DNA of 64,000 nt, taken from Escherichia phage Ecwhy_1. Below are positions 1 to 9,278 of the stretch, in pieces (within the stretch, counting starts at the first letter, position 1; each line of letters begins with the position of its first letter). Both the position numbers and the translations under genes were made by a program. Location of the stretch: sequence record MH791411.1. One strand, 5' to 3'. The notes beneath the pieces were generated by a model. The model was not told the DNA's origin. It was given only the letters and a program-made list of their open reading frames with translations, and searched no databases.

Positions 1-91
1 GTTTTATTTGTTAATCAAAAATGTTTTTGTATGCTTCAGATTACTACAAGCACCATTATATCTCGTGAATGATGCTTGTCTCAATTTTTTA

Positions 92-397
92 TCAGTATTT
101 TGTGTTCCAACGTTTAAGGTACGGCTTATCAGCGTTTACACCTGCACCAATGTTGAATTTGTAACGTAGATGTTCTAAGTCTTTTAACGTGTTAACATCT
201 TCAACAATGACAACTTTGCGTTTCTTTTCAATAGAATAGACGTCAACAATCTCACCGTCAATTTCAACAGAACCAGTTCTGGTGAAACCAGCAGACATTA
301 GAACAACTTCATCATCATTATTGTATGCAAGTACTGAATTTACGATAGTACTATCTTCCAGTACTGCACCAACACGCTTATAGATATTTTCCATATT
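92..397 (-). CDS. hypothetical protein (~101 aa, start taken at internal Met MENIYKRVG)
   Basis: ORF in track 92..493; start at 397 overlaps the stop of the upstream small ORF (translational coupling). No recognisable motif. Confidence 0.45.
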   Translation of the reverse strand, partial: NMENIYKRVGAVLEDSTIVNSVLAYNNDDEVVLMSAGFTRTGSVEIDGEIVDVYSIEKKRKVVIVEDVNTLKDLEHLRYKFNIGAGVNADKPYLKRWNTKY

Positions 398-536
398 ACT
401 CTCCTTGGGATGCACTCCATAAAACGTACTGTTCCCACGCCTCGTTAACACTGTCCTCAGACAGTGCCAGTGATTCATCAGATAATACGTCATTTACTTC
501 GTCATATTTTAGTTTAGTTTCGTCTGCAATAATCAT
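396..536 (-). CDS. small hypothetical protein (~46 aa, MIIADETKLKYDEV...)
   Basis: Track ORF 396..623 trimmed to the ATG preceded by AAGGAAA Shine-Dalgarno; sits just downstream of the polymerase stop. Confidence 0.3.
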   Translation of the reverse strand: MIIADETKLKYDEVNDVLSDESLALSEDSVNEAWEQYVLWSASQGE

Positions 537-546
537 AATATTTTCC

Positions 547-3500
547 TTACCAGGTGAAGAATCCGTTATTAACGGCTGCTGTGCTTTTCTCATGAATACC
601 AATATCCATATCCAGAATACCAAAAATGTTTTCTAATTTTTTAGTTAGAACTATTTCTTCCATTTTCTCTGTATCAAATGGTAGTTCTAAGAACCATTCA
701 GGTAGATATTCCACACAGTCAATTGGGTAACCTACTGCTTTGATACCCATCGGGTTATCTTTTAAGTTACATACAATTACTTTTGTACCGTCAGTTACTT
801 CAGGTACAGTTTTGTCATCATATACTTCACGTAGACGGTTCCATTGAATACCTGCTAATACGTGACCAACTTTACATTTACCAGAAACTTCATATTCTGC
901 TTCTAAGTTGGTATAGTTCTTAACAGTTTTCGGTGAACCCTTTTCGTGTACAGGCATGTCTTTAAATACCTCTTTAAAGTCACGTACACGCTGTTTAAGT
1001 TGAGCTTCAGACTCACCCACCAGCAATGCAATTAGAGTCTCTTCTAGGAAGTTCTGGATGTATTTTGGCGTATCTGAACGTTTAATTTCAAGACCCATCG
1101 CTTTAATTTCACCAGGCTTTCCATCAACATCTTTACGGAAACCATCTTCCCAGTACTTGAGAATTGCATAACGCTTTTTCTTCAGGAATAGACCACGGGA
1201 ACCGACCATCTCTAGGTCTGCACCAACAATCTTACCTTTCTCAATACCAGTATTGAACATTTCGTTCATGAATGAAGGGAATGATTCACCAACTTCATCA
1301 CCGATTTTGATATACATGTCAACGATTTCTTCTTTCGAAAGATTATATGGAATACCTTGTTCTTTCAGATAATGAGTTACACTGAAGTAAACAGAGTCAG
1401 TATCACCGTAAATCACAGAGCCACCTTGGTGATTATAAACGCCAGTAGTGATTTCATTGATACGGCTTGCCATATGTTTAGTCATAGAACGACCAGTTAA
1501 GGTAACGGACTGACCTAAACGTTTATCAAAGAAACGTGAACCTTTGTTCAATAGTGCACCATATAGACTGTTTAGAAGAATCTTACGAATTTGCTGGTTC
1601 TGTTTCCAGAATGCACTTTGCTGTTTGAAGTAATTCTTATCTTCCGTTGCACAGAAAATACGACCATCTTTCAGTACTAAACCATTTTCCACAATGAGTT
1701 TTGCAACTTCTTCCCATTGACCTTTACCAATAGCAATACGTAATAGATAAACAGGATCATTGTCATGTAAGTTTGTACGGAACATTGTACCACTTGTGTA
1801 GTTAGATAGCAAAGGTTCAACCTTCTCAGAACCATTGAATTCCCACCCATCACTATACATGTGTTTGTAGTCGATTACCATTTTTTGTTGTGCTTTACGC
1901 TCAGAATACCATTGAGTAAGAATATCTGGAATTACACCATACTTAGACTTATCAAAAAGTGTTCCGTTAGCACTTAGTACAATAGTACTGTCTTCAGCAA
2001 AGATAATATCATACAATTCTTTACCAGTTGCATTGAACGAACTACCATCTTCTAAATCAACAATCAAAGTTTTGTCAGATTTTTCATGAACCATTGTAAA
2101 TTCTACAGCAGCAAATAAACCATGCCATGCAGCGGTCCAATCAGGTTCAAACGCTTTAGATTTGGATTTAGCTTTTTGCTCTTGTACTTTAGCAGCAAGA
2201 TATGCATCAGTGTAGTCTTGACGAAGTTGTCCAAGAATACATTCAGTACTCATGCCAAGTGTACGTAGTACAGTTGGATACAATGAGTTAAAGTCTGTAC
2301 ATCCCAAATCGCTAACAAGGCCAAGAACTGGATCTTGAACCCATGCACCAGCAGCTTTTGCACTGATTTTCTCATCTTCTTCATCACCTTCTTCACCATA
2401 GTACTCCATCTCTGGATCTAACTCAATATCATCTTTCGGTGCTTTGTTAAAAACAACTTCACCGCGACTGTGAGCAAGGTTGATGATAGCAGTGTCGATT
2501 AGTGCAACCGAACCCATTGTAGTACTAATTAGTACACATTCTTTATGAGCAAGACGGTTGTGCAGGTTGATAAAGTCACATTTAGCATCAATTTTCTTTA
2601 GAAGAATACTATCCTGCTTAGAATAACGCAAGAATGTAATGTAATCTTCACGGTATAGTTTATCCAATGAACCTTCATAGGATACTTTGTTTTCTTTAGT
2701 TACCTTTTCAGCAATATAATCTAGTTTGTACGACTGTTCAACTTGACCAGCATGTTTCTTATAAAGAGCAAGATAGTCTAAGTGTACGCGTCCAATAAGA
2801 TCATATGTTACTACAGTTTTACCAAAGTTATCAGCTTCACGAGCATTTGGTTTTTTATTCCACAAGCACCAACGAGCAGTAGTTGCTTCGTTGAAGATTT
2901 TCTTGGTACGGTTTACCATATATGGAATATCAAAGAATTCACTGTTCCAACCTGAAATTACATCAGAGTCATCGATTAGACTAAAGAACTCCATAAACAT
3001 TTCTTTCTCATCCGTATAAAGGATGACAGTACTGTTAGGGTCGTTAGTTTCTTCGTTTAACTGACGAACAATATCTTGTGCTTCGTACATTTCCATATCA
3101 GTTGGTGGCAAAGTCAGTACATAATCCTTACCAGTCCATGATTGATATAGAGAAATTGCAGTTACGCGGTTGAATGGATCTGATGGTGGAGCATAACCAA
3201 ACTTCTTATGGAAGTCGGTTTCGATATCGAAAAATGCTACGTTCAAATCCGGCGAACCTTTACCCATGTATTCTCTAGCCAACGTTTTGAAGGTAATGTT
3301 GCAATCACTTTCAAAAATACGTAGACCTTCATTTTTATGTTGCTCAACGCTTTTATTCATCTGTGATTGAGTTTCAAACTCCAAATGCTTTGCGTTGGTT
3401 CCATAAATTGTTTTGTGTTCACCAGTAGGAGATTCAACATAATATTCATATACTGGGTCCAACTGACGTAGAATACGTTTACCGTTTTTACGTTCTGCTA

Positions 3501-3552
3501 CGTGCAAAATATCACCAGTACGTTTACGTTCCATATAAGCATCGATATACAT
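547..3552 (-). CDS. 43: DNA polymerase, family B (T4 gp43-like), 1001 aa
   Basis: Exo I motif FFDIETD, motif A DFNSLYPTV, motif B KILLNSLYGAL, motif C YGDTDSVYF; segments resemble T4 gp43 as recalled (WNSEFFDIPYMVNRTK, LDYLALYKKH). ATG at 3552 preceded by AAAGGA. Confidence 0.95.
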   Translation of the reverse strand: MYIDAYMERKRTGDILHVAERKNGKRILRQLDPVYEYYVESPTGEHKTIYGTNAKHLEFETQSQMNKSVEQHKNEGLRIFESDCNITFKTLAREYMGKGSPDLNVAFFDIETDFHKKFGYAPPSDPFNRVTAISLYQSWTGKDYVLTLPPTDMEMYEAQDIVRQLNEETNDPNSTVILYTDEKEMFMEFFSLIDDSDVISGWNSEFFDIPYMVNRTKKIFNEATTARWCLWNKKPNAREADNFGKTVVTYDLIGRVHLDYLALYKKHAGQVEQSYKLDYIAEKVTKENKVSYEGSLDKLYREDYITFLRYSKQDSILLKKIDAKCDFINLHNRLAHKECVLISTTMGSVALIDTAIINLAHSRGEVVFNKAPKDDIELDPEMEYYGEEGDEEDEKISAKAAGAWVQDPVLGLVSDLGCTDFNSLYPTVLRTLGMSTECILGQLRQDYTDAYLAAKVQEQKAKSKSKAFEPDWTAAWHGLFAAVEFTMVHEKSDKTLIVDLEDGSSFNATGKELYDIIFAEDSTIVLSANGTLFDKSKYGVIPDILTQWYSERKAQQKMVIDYKHMYSDGWEFNGSEKVEPLLSNYTSGTMFRTNLHDNDPVYLLRIAIGKGQWEEVAKLIVENGLVLKDGRIFCATEDKNYFKQQSAFWKQNQQIRKILLNSLYGALLNKGSRFFDKRLGQSVTLTGRSMTKHMASRINEITTGVYNHQGGSVIYGDTDSVYFSVTHYLKEQGIPYNLSKEEIVDMYIKIGDEVGESFPSFMNEMFNTGIEKGKIVGADLEMVGSRGLFLKKKRYAILKYWEDGFRKDVDGKPGEIKAMGLEIKRSDTPKYIQNFLEETLIALLVGESEAQLKQRVRDFKEVFKDMPVHEKGSPKTVKNYTNLEAEYEVSGKCKVGHVLAGIQWNRLREVYDDKTVPEVTDGTKVIVCNLKDNPMGIKAVGYPIDCVEYLPEWFLELPFDTEKMEEIVLTKKLENIFGILDMDIGIHEKSTAAVNNGFFTW

Positions 3553-3579
3553 CGTTTGTATTCCTTTACGTTTATTAAG

Positions 3580-3610
3580 TTAAAAATAAAGCCCCCATTC
3601 ATTGGAGGCT
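3580..3610 (-). terminator. hairpin plus T-run immediately upstream of the polymerase SD (terminator and/or gp43-type translational operator)
   Basis: Minus-strand read AGCCTCC-aatgaat-GGGGGCT followed by TTTATTTTT, about 20 nt before the polymerase ribosome-binding site. Confidence 0.5.
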
Positions 3611-3634
3611 ATAAAGTTTAGTTTTTAGTACTTA

Positions 3635-3940
3635 TTAGTAATCGTCATCTGCTTGTGGCAAATTGTTAGTAACACTTAGGATAGTTTCGATATTATCGAG
3701 TTTGTTTTGTTTATCAAAGTAATCGCCTTTGTAGATACGTTGAGCGGCTTGTTTGATATCGGATGCATCAATACCTAGTTCATCAGAGATGGAACTAATG
3801 AAATCTGCATAGGATGCTTTGGTGTCGTCAATAAAAGTAAGTTGTACTACTGCGTTGTTTAGTGCATCACCTAGACGTTTACGTTGTTCATCATTTAGGT
3901 CACGAATTTCAACTTTAACTTCTTTTTTAGCTTTTGCCAT
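3635..3940 (-). CDS. hypothetical small acidic protein (101 aa)
   Basis: ATG with GGAGAAG SD; C-terminal acidic tail QADDDY. Function not recognisable from sequence. Confidence 0.5.
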   Translation of the reverse strand: MAKAKKEVKVEIRDLNDEQRKRLGDALNNAVVQLTFIDDTKASYADFISSISDELGIDASDIKQAAQRIYKGDYFDKQNKLDNIETILSVTNNLPQADDDY

Positions 3941-3961
3941 TTGTTTGCTTCTCCATGTGTT

Positions 3962-3999
3962 TTGAAAAAAATGTCATCTCACAACCTCTGTAAGATGAC
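3962..3999 (-). terminator. rho-independent terminator (minus strand)
   Basis: GTCATCT / AGATGAC stem with 13-nt loop followed on the minus strand by a T-run (A-run 3965-3970 on plus). Confidence 0.55.
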
Positions 4000-4040
4000 T
4001 ACATTGTATCACTACTTACGATTTTGTTCCAAAAAAACTT

Positions 4041-4559
4041 TTAAACAGGTTTAACAGGGAACGAAAACTTCTTCTTACTAAATTCAGATGTTGTTAGAGA
4101 TGATAGCTCAAGAACATATGCTTTCAACTTAGGAAACAGTTCTATTTCATAATCAGTTGCTACCTCAAGATCTATCGCCATCTTAATGTTATTCAACTCA
4201 TTAATTGCTACGGTTCTTAATTCTTGGTGCTCAGATGATAGACGTTTGATCTTTTCATCAGTAGATTCAACATAATCAGAAATTTTACTTCCATCATAGA
4301 TTTTACCAACTACTTCATCTTCATCACCATCATGCTCCAACTCAGAAACACTGTATCCATACGGTACTAACAATGTTACATCATATGATGCTTGTGCAAT
4401 ATAACCATCATCAGAGTACTGAACTTTCAAAGTATCTTGTCTGAATTCGTTTTGACAATCATACCAGTCAACACCCTCATCTGACAATAGATAAAGAACA
4501 TTATCTCCATGTTTCTTTTCTACTGGGATATATTTTTTGAAATGTGTATATGTTTTCAT
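4041..4559 (-). CDS. hypothetical protein (172 aa), possibly tail-fiber assembly chaperone
   Basis: ATG at 4559 is 1 nt from the stop of the upstream fiber-like gene; function is a positional guess only. Confidence 0.45.
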   Translation of the reverse strand: MKTYTHFKKYIPVEKKHGDNVLYLLSDEGVDWYDCQNEFRQDTLKVQYSDDGYIAQASYDVTLLVPYGYSVSELEHDGDEDEVVGKIYDGSKISDYVESTDEKIKRLSSEHQELRTVAINELNNIKMAIDLEVATDYEIELFPKLKAYVLELSSLTTSEFSKKKFSFPVKPV

Positions 4560-4560
4560 A

Positions 4561-6189
4561 TTAAGACTCCACTACTACGTTAGTCCATACACCATTGACT
4601 AATTTTTGTGTATATCTCCAACTATAACCTTCAACGTGTGTACCTGAACTACCATTTACTGAAATAAACAACCCATCCAGTGTAGCACCTTCTGGTGCAT
4701 AGATCCAAGAAGAATCAGGAACACTTCGCGTAGATGTTCTTTTACTTAAACGAACATCTTGTACAGCACCTAGTGTTAAAGTTACGTTACCGTTTGCATC
4801 AGCGTTGTTACCGTTAATAGATCTGACGATGTTTTTACTAGCAACAGTTGCTATGTTTCCAGAAATAGACAATGATGCACCAGTTACTGATGGAGCATAA
4901 AGTACACCAGAAGAGTTAATTGTAACTTCAGAACCACCATTACTTCTCAAACGTAATGTATTTGTTGATGAACTGTGATAAATTGCTGCACGTTCAGTAG
5001 TTCCTGCCGCGTTACGGAAGTAAAGTACTAATGAAGTATCATTCGAACGAATTGTTGCACTGTTTGCGATACTTAATGAACCAGACATTGTATCACCAGT
5101 TTTCAGTACATAACGGGTGTTTGCAACTTTTTCACTCAATGCAACGTTAGACTCAGCAATGTTATATAAGTATGCCACATTAAAGTGTGGTACGTCAATA
5201 TTGCTAATTCCGTGGGTATGTGCTTGTCCACTACCAACGGTATTGGTTGAACCACTGAAACTATGCACGTGATCAGGTGCTTCGTTAATGTTATTAATTA
5301 CAGTTGGGATTCCGTTGTCGTTACTGGATGTTAACGCATTAAGACCACTTCTGTCCATACCTTTTAGTGCTTGACTATGACCATGACGACCAGCAGCACC
5401 AGTAGTTCCACTGAAACTAAATGAGTGCGGTGGAAGTTGAGCAATTGATATCGCAGTCCCACTAATTGATGCACTACTTGCAATCACACTATCAGTTTTA
5501 GTTACGCCTGATGTGGTAATGCCTTTCAAGTATGCTTCTTGGTTAAGATTTGGAACTTGTTTTGTGATTGTACCATTTTCACCAACCCATTGCCACCACA
5601 TTCCATCAGCAAAACACCAACCATCAGAAGTTTTCCACGGAGAACCTTGTGAACCATTACGACCACTTTGACCATTGGTCACACCAGACATCTGTTCACG
5701 AATACTAGCAACAGTTTGTCCAGAAGTCAATGAGTACTGGGTAATTGCACCAGGCTTCATTGAAGTATAAAGACCTGTTGGGCCAGTACCGCTACTTGAT
5801 GGAATAGGGAATACGATATTTAAATTCGTACCACTAATGCTCGCACTTGGAACAGCACTACTACTATATGTTACTGTTTCAACTTTTAAATTCAGTTTAC
5901 GGTTCACTTCATCGAGTGAAATACGGATTGGTTCAAGAATTGTATCAGTATCGTATACTGCAATCCAACTTGTCCCGTTGTGGTATTTTAACACCAACTC
6001 ATTTCTATCAAATACCATAGCACCTTGCTCACCTGCTGGCAATGCCTGTACTGGTAAAATGACAGAAGATGAATTAAAACGAATAGGTCTTGGATTAGTT
6101 GGTGTACCACCAAGCACTATTAGTTCTAAAGATCCATTAGCACCAGTACTAGTCATAGTATCCAGTGGGTTATTAAAACTTATGCTCAT
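4561..6189 (-). CDS. tail fiber / receptor-binding-like protein with His-x-His motifs (542 aa)
   Basis: Ser/Thr/Gly-rich fibrous composition; HSFSFSG, HGHSQ, HVHSFSG and HTHGISN motifs resembling the HxH metal-binding tips of T4 gp12/gp37; AATAAATA late-type motif about 35 nt upstream of the ATG. Confidence 0.55.
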   Translation of the reverse strand: MSISFNNPLDTMTSTGANGSLELIVLGGTPTNPRPIRFNSSSVILPVQALPAGEQGAMVFDRNELVLKYHNGTSWIAVYDTDTILEPIRISLDEVNRKLNLKVETVTYSSSAVPSASISGTNLNIVFPIPSSSGTGPTGLYTSMKPGAITQYSLTSGQTVASIREQMSGVTNGQSGRNGSQGSPWKTSDGWCFADGMWWQWVGENGTITKQVPNLNQEAYLKGITTSGVTKTDSVIASSASISGTAISIAQLPPHSFSFSGTTGAAGRHGHSQALKGMDRSGLNALTSSNDNGIPTVINNINEAPDHVHSFSGSTNTVGSGQAHTHGISNIDVPHFNVAYLYNIAESNVALSEKVANTRYVLKTGDTMSGSLSIANSATIRSNDTSLVLYFRNAAGTTERAAIYHSSSTNTLRLRSNGGSEVTINSSGVLYAPSVTGASLSISGNIATVASKNIVRSINGNNADANGNVTLTLGAVQDVRLSKRTSTRSVPDSSWIYAPEGATLDGLFISVNGSSGTHVEGYSWRYTQKLVNGVWTNVVVES

Positions 6190-6230
6190 GTATAAATCCC
6201 TTTAATGATTAATATATACTATATTTATTA

Positions 6231-6539
6231 CTATAGCAAGTCGTTTTCCATATCGTCAAGAACAGAATCGACGATGTTCGCTGCTATCTTCTTAGGCATC
6301 TTGAACCACTCGGTGTTAGGTTGCCTTACTGCGTTCATTTGTTTTAGTCTTTTGTGAATTTCTTTCTCTGCTAAACGTGCATCTTCAAAGTGTACTTCAT
6401 GGTATACCACAAAATCTCTAAAAGGTGTAGCAGTTTGATATGTCCTTAAACGTTCTGTCATTTCAGATTTACTGGTAAATCCTATCTTAACATAATCAGG
6501 CCACGCATCATTTACTATAACATAACATATCTGTGACAT
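6231..6539 (-). CDS. T5orf172 / GIY-YIG-like domain protein (~102 aa)
   Basis: CYVIVND...YVKIGFTS...RLRTYQTATPF...EKEIHKRL...EWF matches the T5orf172 (MUG113) pattern as recalled; ATG at 6539 has a GGAGA SD (track ORF starts 15 nt earlier). Confidence 0.6.
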   Translation of the reverse strand: MSQICYVIVNDAWPDYVKIGFTSKSEMTERLRTYQTATPFRDFVVYHEVHFEDARLAEKEIHKRLKQMNAVRQPNTEWFKMPKKIAANIVDSVLDDMENDLL

Positions 6540-6578
6540 AGAAAATATCTCCATCAGTAATATGAAGATATTTATTAA

Positions 6579-6929
6579 TCAAGTAATTCGGAAATTTACC
6601 CCAGCATCAATTAGGCGTTGGAATGGGTTTTGTGGCTCGAATTCAGAAGGAGTTTTTGAAATGTTCAGTACTGGAGCATCAGCATGTAACTTTGACATAC
6701 GTTCTTTGTACTTATCTAAGTATTCTTCATATAACATATCTTCAGTGTTACTATCAAGTATGTCTTCAATAAATGAATCAATACTATAGTCCAGTCTATC
6801 ATCATTATAATACAAAGTTTCACTAGCTTCATCATAACCAACTAAAGTCCCGTATGGAACGTTAATCTCAATTTTTGAGTACTGACTCTTTAAGTACTCT
6901 TCTTTCTTAAAAATGTATACAGTTAACAT
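6579..6929 (-). CDS. hypothetical protein (~116 aa)
   Basis: Track ORF begins with TTG at 6938; the ATG at 6929 is preceded by TAAGGAG. No recognisable domain. Confidence 0.45.
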   Translation of the reverse strand: MLTVYIFKKEEYLKSQYSKIEINVPYGTLVGYDEASETLYYNDDRLDYSIDSFIEDILDSNTEDMLYEEYLDKYKERMSKLHADAPVLNISKTPSEFEPQNPFQRLIDAGVNFRIT

Positions 6930-6952
6930 CCGTGTCAACTCCTTATGGTTGT

Positions 6953-7876
6953 TTACTTAAAAGTATTTACGATTTCCAAAACACTTTCAAGATACTTAGC
7001 ATCAAAAGTTTCAGTAAATCCTGATGGTAACTCTTCAGTACTTACAACACCACTTTCAATGTATTGCTTGATGAACTTTTCCAATAATAATGGTTTGTTA
7101 CCATCCTCAAAGTAACGTTCTACCAGTACAGTGTGTTCAAAATCAGAATCACGGCTTTGTTCATGAATTCGCCTCTTCATGTCACCAGTAATTCCGTATT
7201 TGTAAACGACTTTTGAGTTATTAGATAGTTTTTGTACATAGAAATATCCAGGCTTTGATGGTTGATAACCATACTCACCACATGATGGACATCCTCTTCC
7301 TGCCATATGAGATTTGGGTATTTGTTTAAAGACACCATGTTCAGGACAAATAATATCCACATGTTCATCACTAGTCTTGTAATCCACCAAGCTATAATCA
7401 TACTTATGGTTATGGATAGGCGACACAAGTTCAATGAAACGTTCAGTACTTCTTCCACCTTTACCAGAACATATTCCACAACTAGTTTTTCCTTTTAATA
7501 ATGTTGCGGCTGATACTTCCCAATCATGAACATCATTTGGATCGTTGTGACATGTTACCGTCACTTTCCCATTACAATCACGTTGTCTTTTGTAGATAGT
7601 TTTTTCAAATGACAATGTTGGATGAATTGTTTTTACTTTCTCTATGAACGTTTCAGTTGTGTATGCTGTATTTTTTTGGCAAATATTACATCCCTTTGCA
7701 GTAGATCTTACAATTTGCATAGGAGTGATTTTGAAATAATGACCACCTTCCACACAATAAAGTTCAACCTGTTTATGTGCATTTATGTATACCATTTTAT
7801 CAAACAAATAAACCCCAGTGCCATATTTTTCATTCACCGTATTGATAAATTTTTCTTCATTTGGATTCATTGTCAT
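6953..7876 (-). CDS. zinc-ribbon repeat protein with C-terminal T5orf172/GIY-YIG-like domain (307 aa); putative homing-endonuclease-like nuclease
   Basis: Three tandem ~55-aa modules each ending in C-x2-C (GCNICQK, CGICSGKG, GCPSCGEYG) with conserved FIE...KYDYS...ICPEHG; C-terminal GYFYVQKLS...YKYGITGDMKRRIHE is GIY-YIG/T5orf172-like. Confidence 0.55.
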   Translation of the reverse strand: MTMNPNEEKFINTVNEKYGTGVYLFDKMVYINAHKQVELYCVEGGHYFKITPMQIVRSTAKGCNICQKNTAYTTETFIEKVKTIHPTLSFEKTIYKRQRDCNGKVTVTCHNDPNDVHDWEVSAATLLKGKTSCGICSGKGGRSTERFIELVSPIHNHKYDYSLVDYKTSDEHVDIICPEHGVFKQIPKSHMAGRGCPSCGEYGYQPSKPGYFYVQKLSNNSKVVYKYGITGDMKRRIHEQSRDSDFEHTVLVERYFEDGNKPLLLEKFIKQYIESGVVSTEELPSGFTETFDAKYLESVLEIVNTFK

Positions 7877-7904
7877 TTCTCTTCTTCATTTATAATGTAC
7901 GCGT

Positions 7905-7933
7905 ATTATTACACAAAAAATGTGACATGTCAA
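7905..7933 (-). promoter_or_regulatory. sigma70-like promoter (TTGACA-N17-AATAAT) for the nuclease/fiber cassette
   Basis: Minus-strand TTGACA at 7933-7928 and AATAAT at 7910-7905, located between the capsid-gene terminator and the 6953..7876 start. Confidence 0.4.
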
Positions 7934-7935
7934 CA

Positions 7936-7966
7936 CAAAAAAGAAAAGGGACTCCGAAGAGTCCCT
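7936..7966 (-). terminator. rho-independent terminator after the major capsid gene
   Basis: GGGACTC-cgaa-GAGTCCC hairpin flanked by an A-run on plus (T-run on minus) and TATTGTTTTT on plus. Confidence 0.65.
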
Positions 7967-8009
7967 ATTGTTTTTAATTTCTTGATTAAATCTTTTAAAT
8001 CGATTACAA

Positions 8010-9185
8010 TTACATGAAAGTAACGTTTTTGATAGCGATTTTGCTGTAGTAGTCAGCAGCGTTACCAAGAGAAGAAGTACTATCAGTCAATTGTACATAA
8101 CCATACCTGGTAAGGAAAGTTGTGACCAATTCCCCAGTGTTAGGGTCCATTACAGTACCGGAAGCCATTAGTGGGATGTATGGGCAATAGAACACACCAG
8201 CATCAGTTTCAGCATTACCTTTATAACCAATCAAAATGTCCTCGACATCTGAGGCATACGTATCGACAAAAATACGCATGGTGCTGTTTAGAGTACCAAC
8301 GAATTTAACGTTAGTTGGAGCTTCGAAAGTACCTTCAGTAGTACGTGCAAAACTAGAAGTAGTTGCAGACTGTAGAATGGTTAGAGCGGTTGGAGAAACA
8401 ACAGCCCAGTTCGCAGCACCACGTTTGGTACGACGAGCAACTTCGTTCGCTTGACGGTTGATTAGGGTAGCTAGAGCAGCGTGCTCGTCACCAACGAAGG
8501 TCGCAACACCAGTAACTTTAGATTGGTCATAAGTTACAGCAGCAGCACCAGGTAGTGCACGTAGACGGCTTAGTAGCTCTTGGTCGATTTCAACGGTAAC
8601 TTCTTGAGCGATTGCAGCCATTAGTTCAGCTTCAACATCGATACCATGTTGGGATTGTGCATCTTGTGCAGATTCAACAGTCCAACGTGCAGATAGACGA
8701 CGAGATTTCGCTTCAACAGTTTCACGTAGGATACGGATGTTAACGCGACGACCCATAGTACCTTCTAGTTGGCTAGTAGGAGCAGCTTGTGGGTTGCTGT
8801 TGTCTGCGTTTAGGTCACCAGTATAAGACTTAGCGATTTTGTATGGAGAAAGCATTTCTTCACCAGCGATAACACCAGGAGCGTTGTCAGCATATTGAAC
8901 ACGTAGGGTGTGGATCTGACCAACTGGGCCAGTCATTGGCTGAACACCGATGATTTCGTTAGCGATTACGGTTGGCATAACACGACGCATAATTGGTAGA
9001 ATCACTTTGTTTAGAGTAGCGATGTTACCAGCGGTGGTTGCACCAGAAGTAGCAGATTCGTTTAGCATTAGTTTACGATGGTTATCAAGTACGGTTTCCA
9101 TTACGGACTTACGAGTACCTTGTAGACCTTCAACTAGTTTCTCTTTAACTGCTACCCATTTGGATTCATTTAGTAGTTGTGACAT
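8010..9185 (-). CDS. 23: major capsid protein (T4 gp23 family), 391 aa
   Basis: IANEIIGVQPMTGPVGQIHTLRVQY and NIRILRETVEAKSRRLSARWTVESAQD align to T4 gp23 IAFDICGVQPM... and ...VIEAKSRQLKAAYSIELAQD as recalled; AAGGAG SD. Confidence 0.85.
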   Translation of the reverse strand: MSQLLNESKWVAVKEKLVEGLQGTRKSVMETVLDNHRKLMLNESATSGATTAGNIATLNKVILPIMRRVMPTVIANEIIGVQPMTGPVGQIHTLRVQYADNAPGVIAGEEMLSPYKIAKSYTGDLNADNSNPQAAPTSQLEGTMGRRVNIRILRETVEAKSRRLSARWTVESAQDAQSQHGIDVEAELMAAIAQEVTVEIDQELLSRLRALPGAAAVTYDQSKVTGVATFVGDEHAALATLINRQANEVARRTKRGAANWAVVSPTALTILQSATTSSFARTTEGTFEAPTNVKFVGTLNSTMRIFVDTYASDVEDILIGYKGNAETDAGVFYCPYIPLMASGTVMDPNTGELVTTFLTRYGYVQLTDSTSSLGNAADYYSKIAIKNVTFM

Positions 9186-9220
9186 TATTATCTCCTTAAA
9201 GATGTTATATTCGTTTTTCA

Positions 9221-9278
9221 GTATGATATTATTTATAGAACTGAAAAATTTGATTATTAAAATGCTTTAAAATGTTTA
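9221..9278 (-). repeat. ~55-bp late-promoter cassette, copy A (second copy at 11978..12034)
   Basis: GTATGATATTATTTA...ACTGAAAAATTT...TTAAAA-GCTTTAAAA-GT is shared almost verbatim with 11978..12034. Confidence 0.6.
9230..9237 (-). promoter_or_regulatory. T4-type late promoter TATAAATA upstream of the capsid gene
   Basis: Exact TATAAATA on the minus strand about 45 nt upstream of the capsid ATG. Confidence 0.6.

Noticed and set aside
6191-6198. TATAAAT-like motif on the plus strand at ~6191
   Set aside because: Not exact (TATAAATC) and points into the 3' end of a minus-strand gene with no plus-strand gene downstream; likely a chance match in AT-rich DNA.
5837-6205. Plus-strand ORF (122 aa) inside the fiber-like gene
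   Set aside because: Fully embedded antisense in a gene with better coding features; low-complexity translation.
7177-8017. Overlapping ORFs 7177..7479, 7307..7498 and 7622..8017 in alternative frames of the zinc-ribbon gene
   Set aside because: Hydrophobic, low-complexity translations overlapping a gene with clear domain structure; 7622..8017 also runs through the terminator and promoter region.
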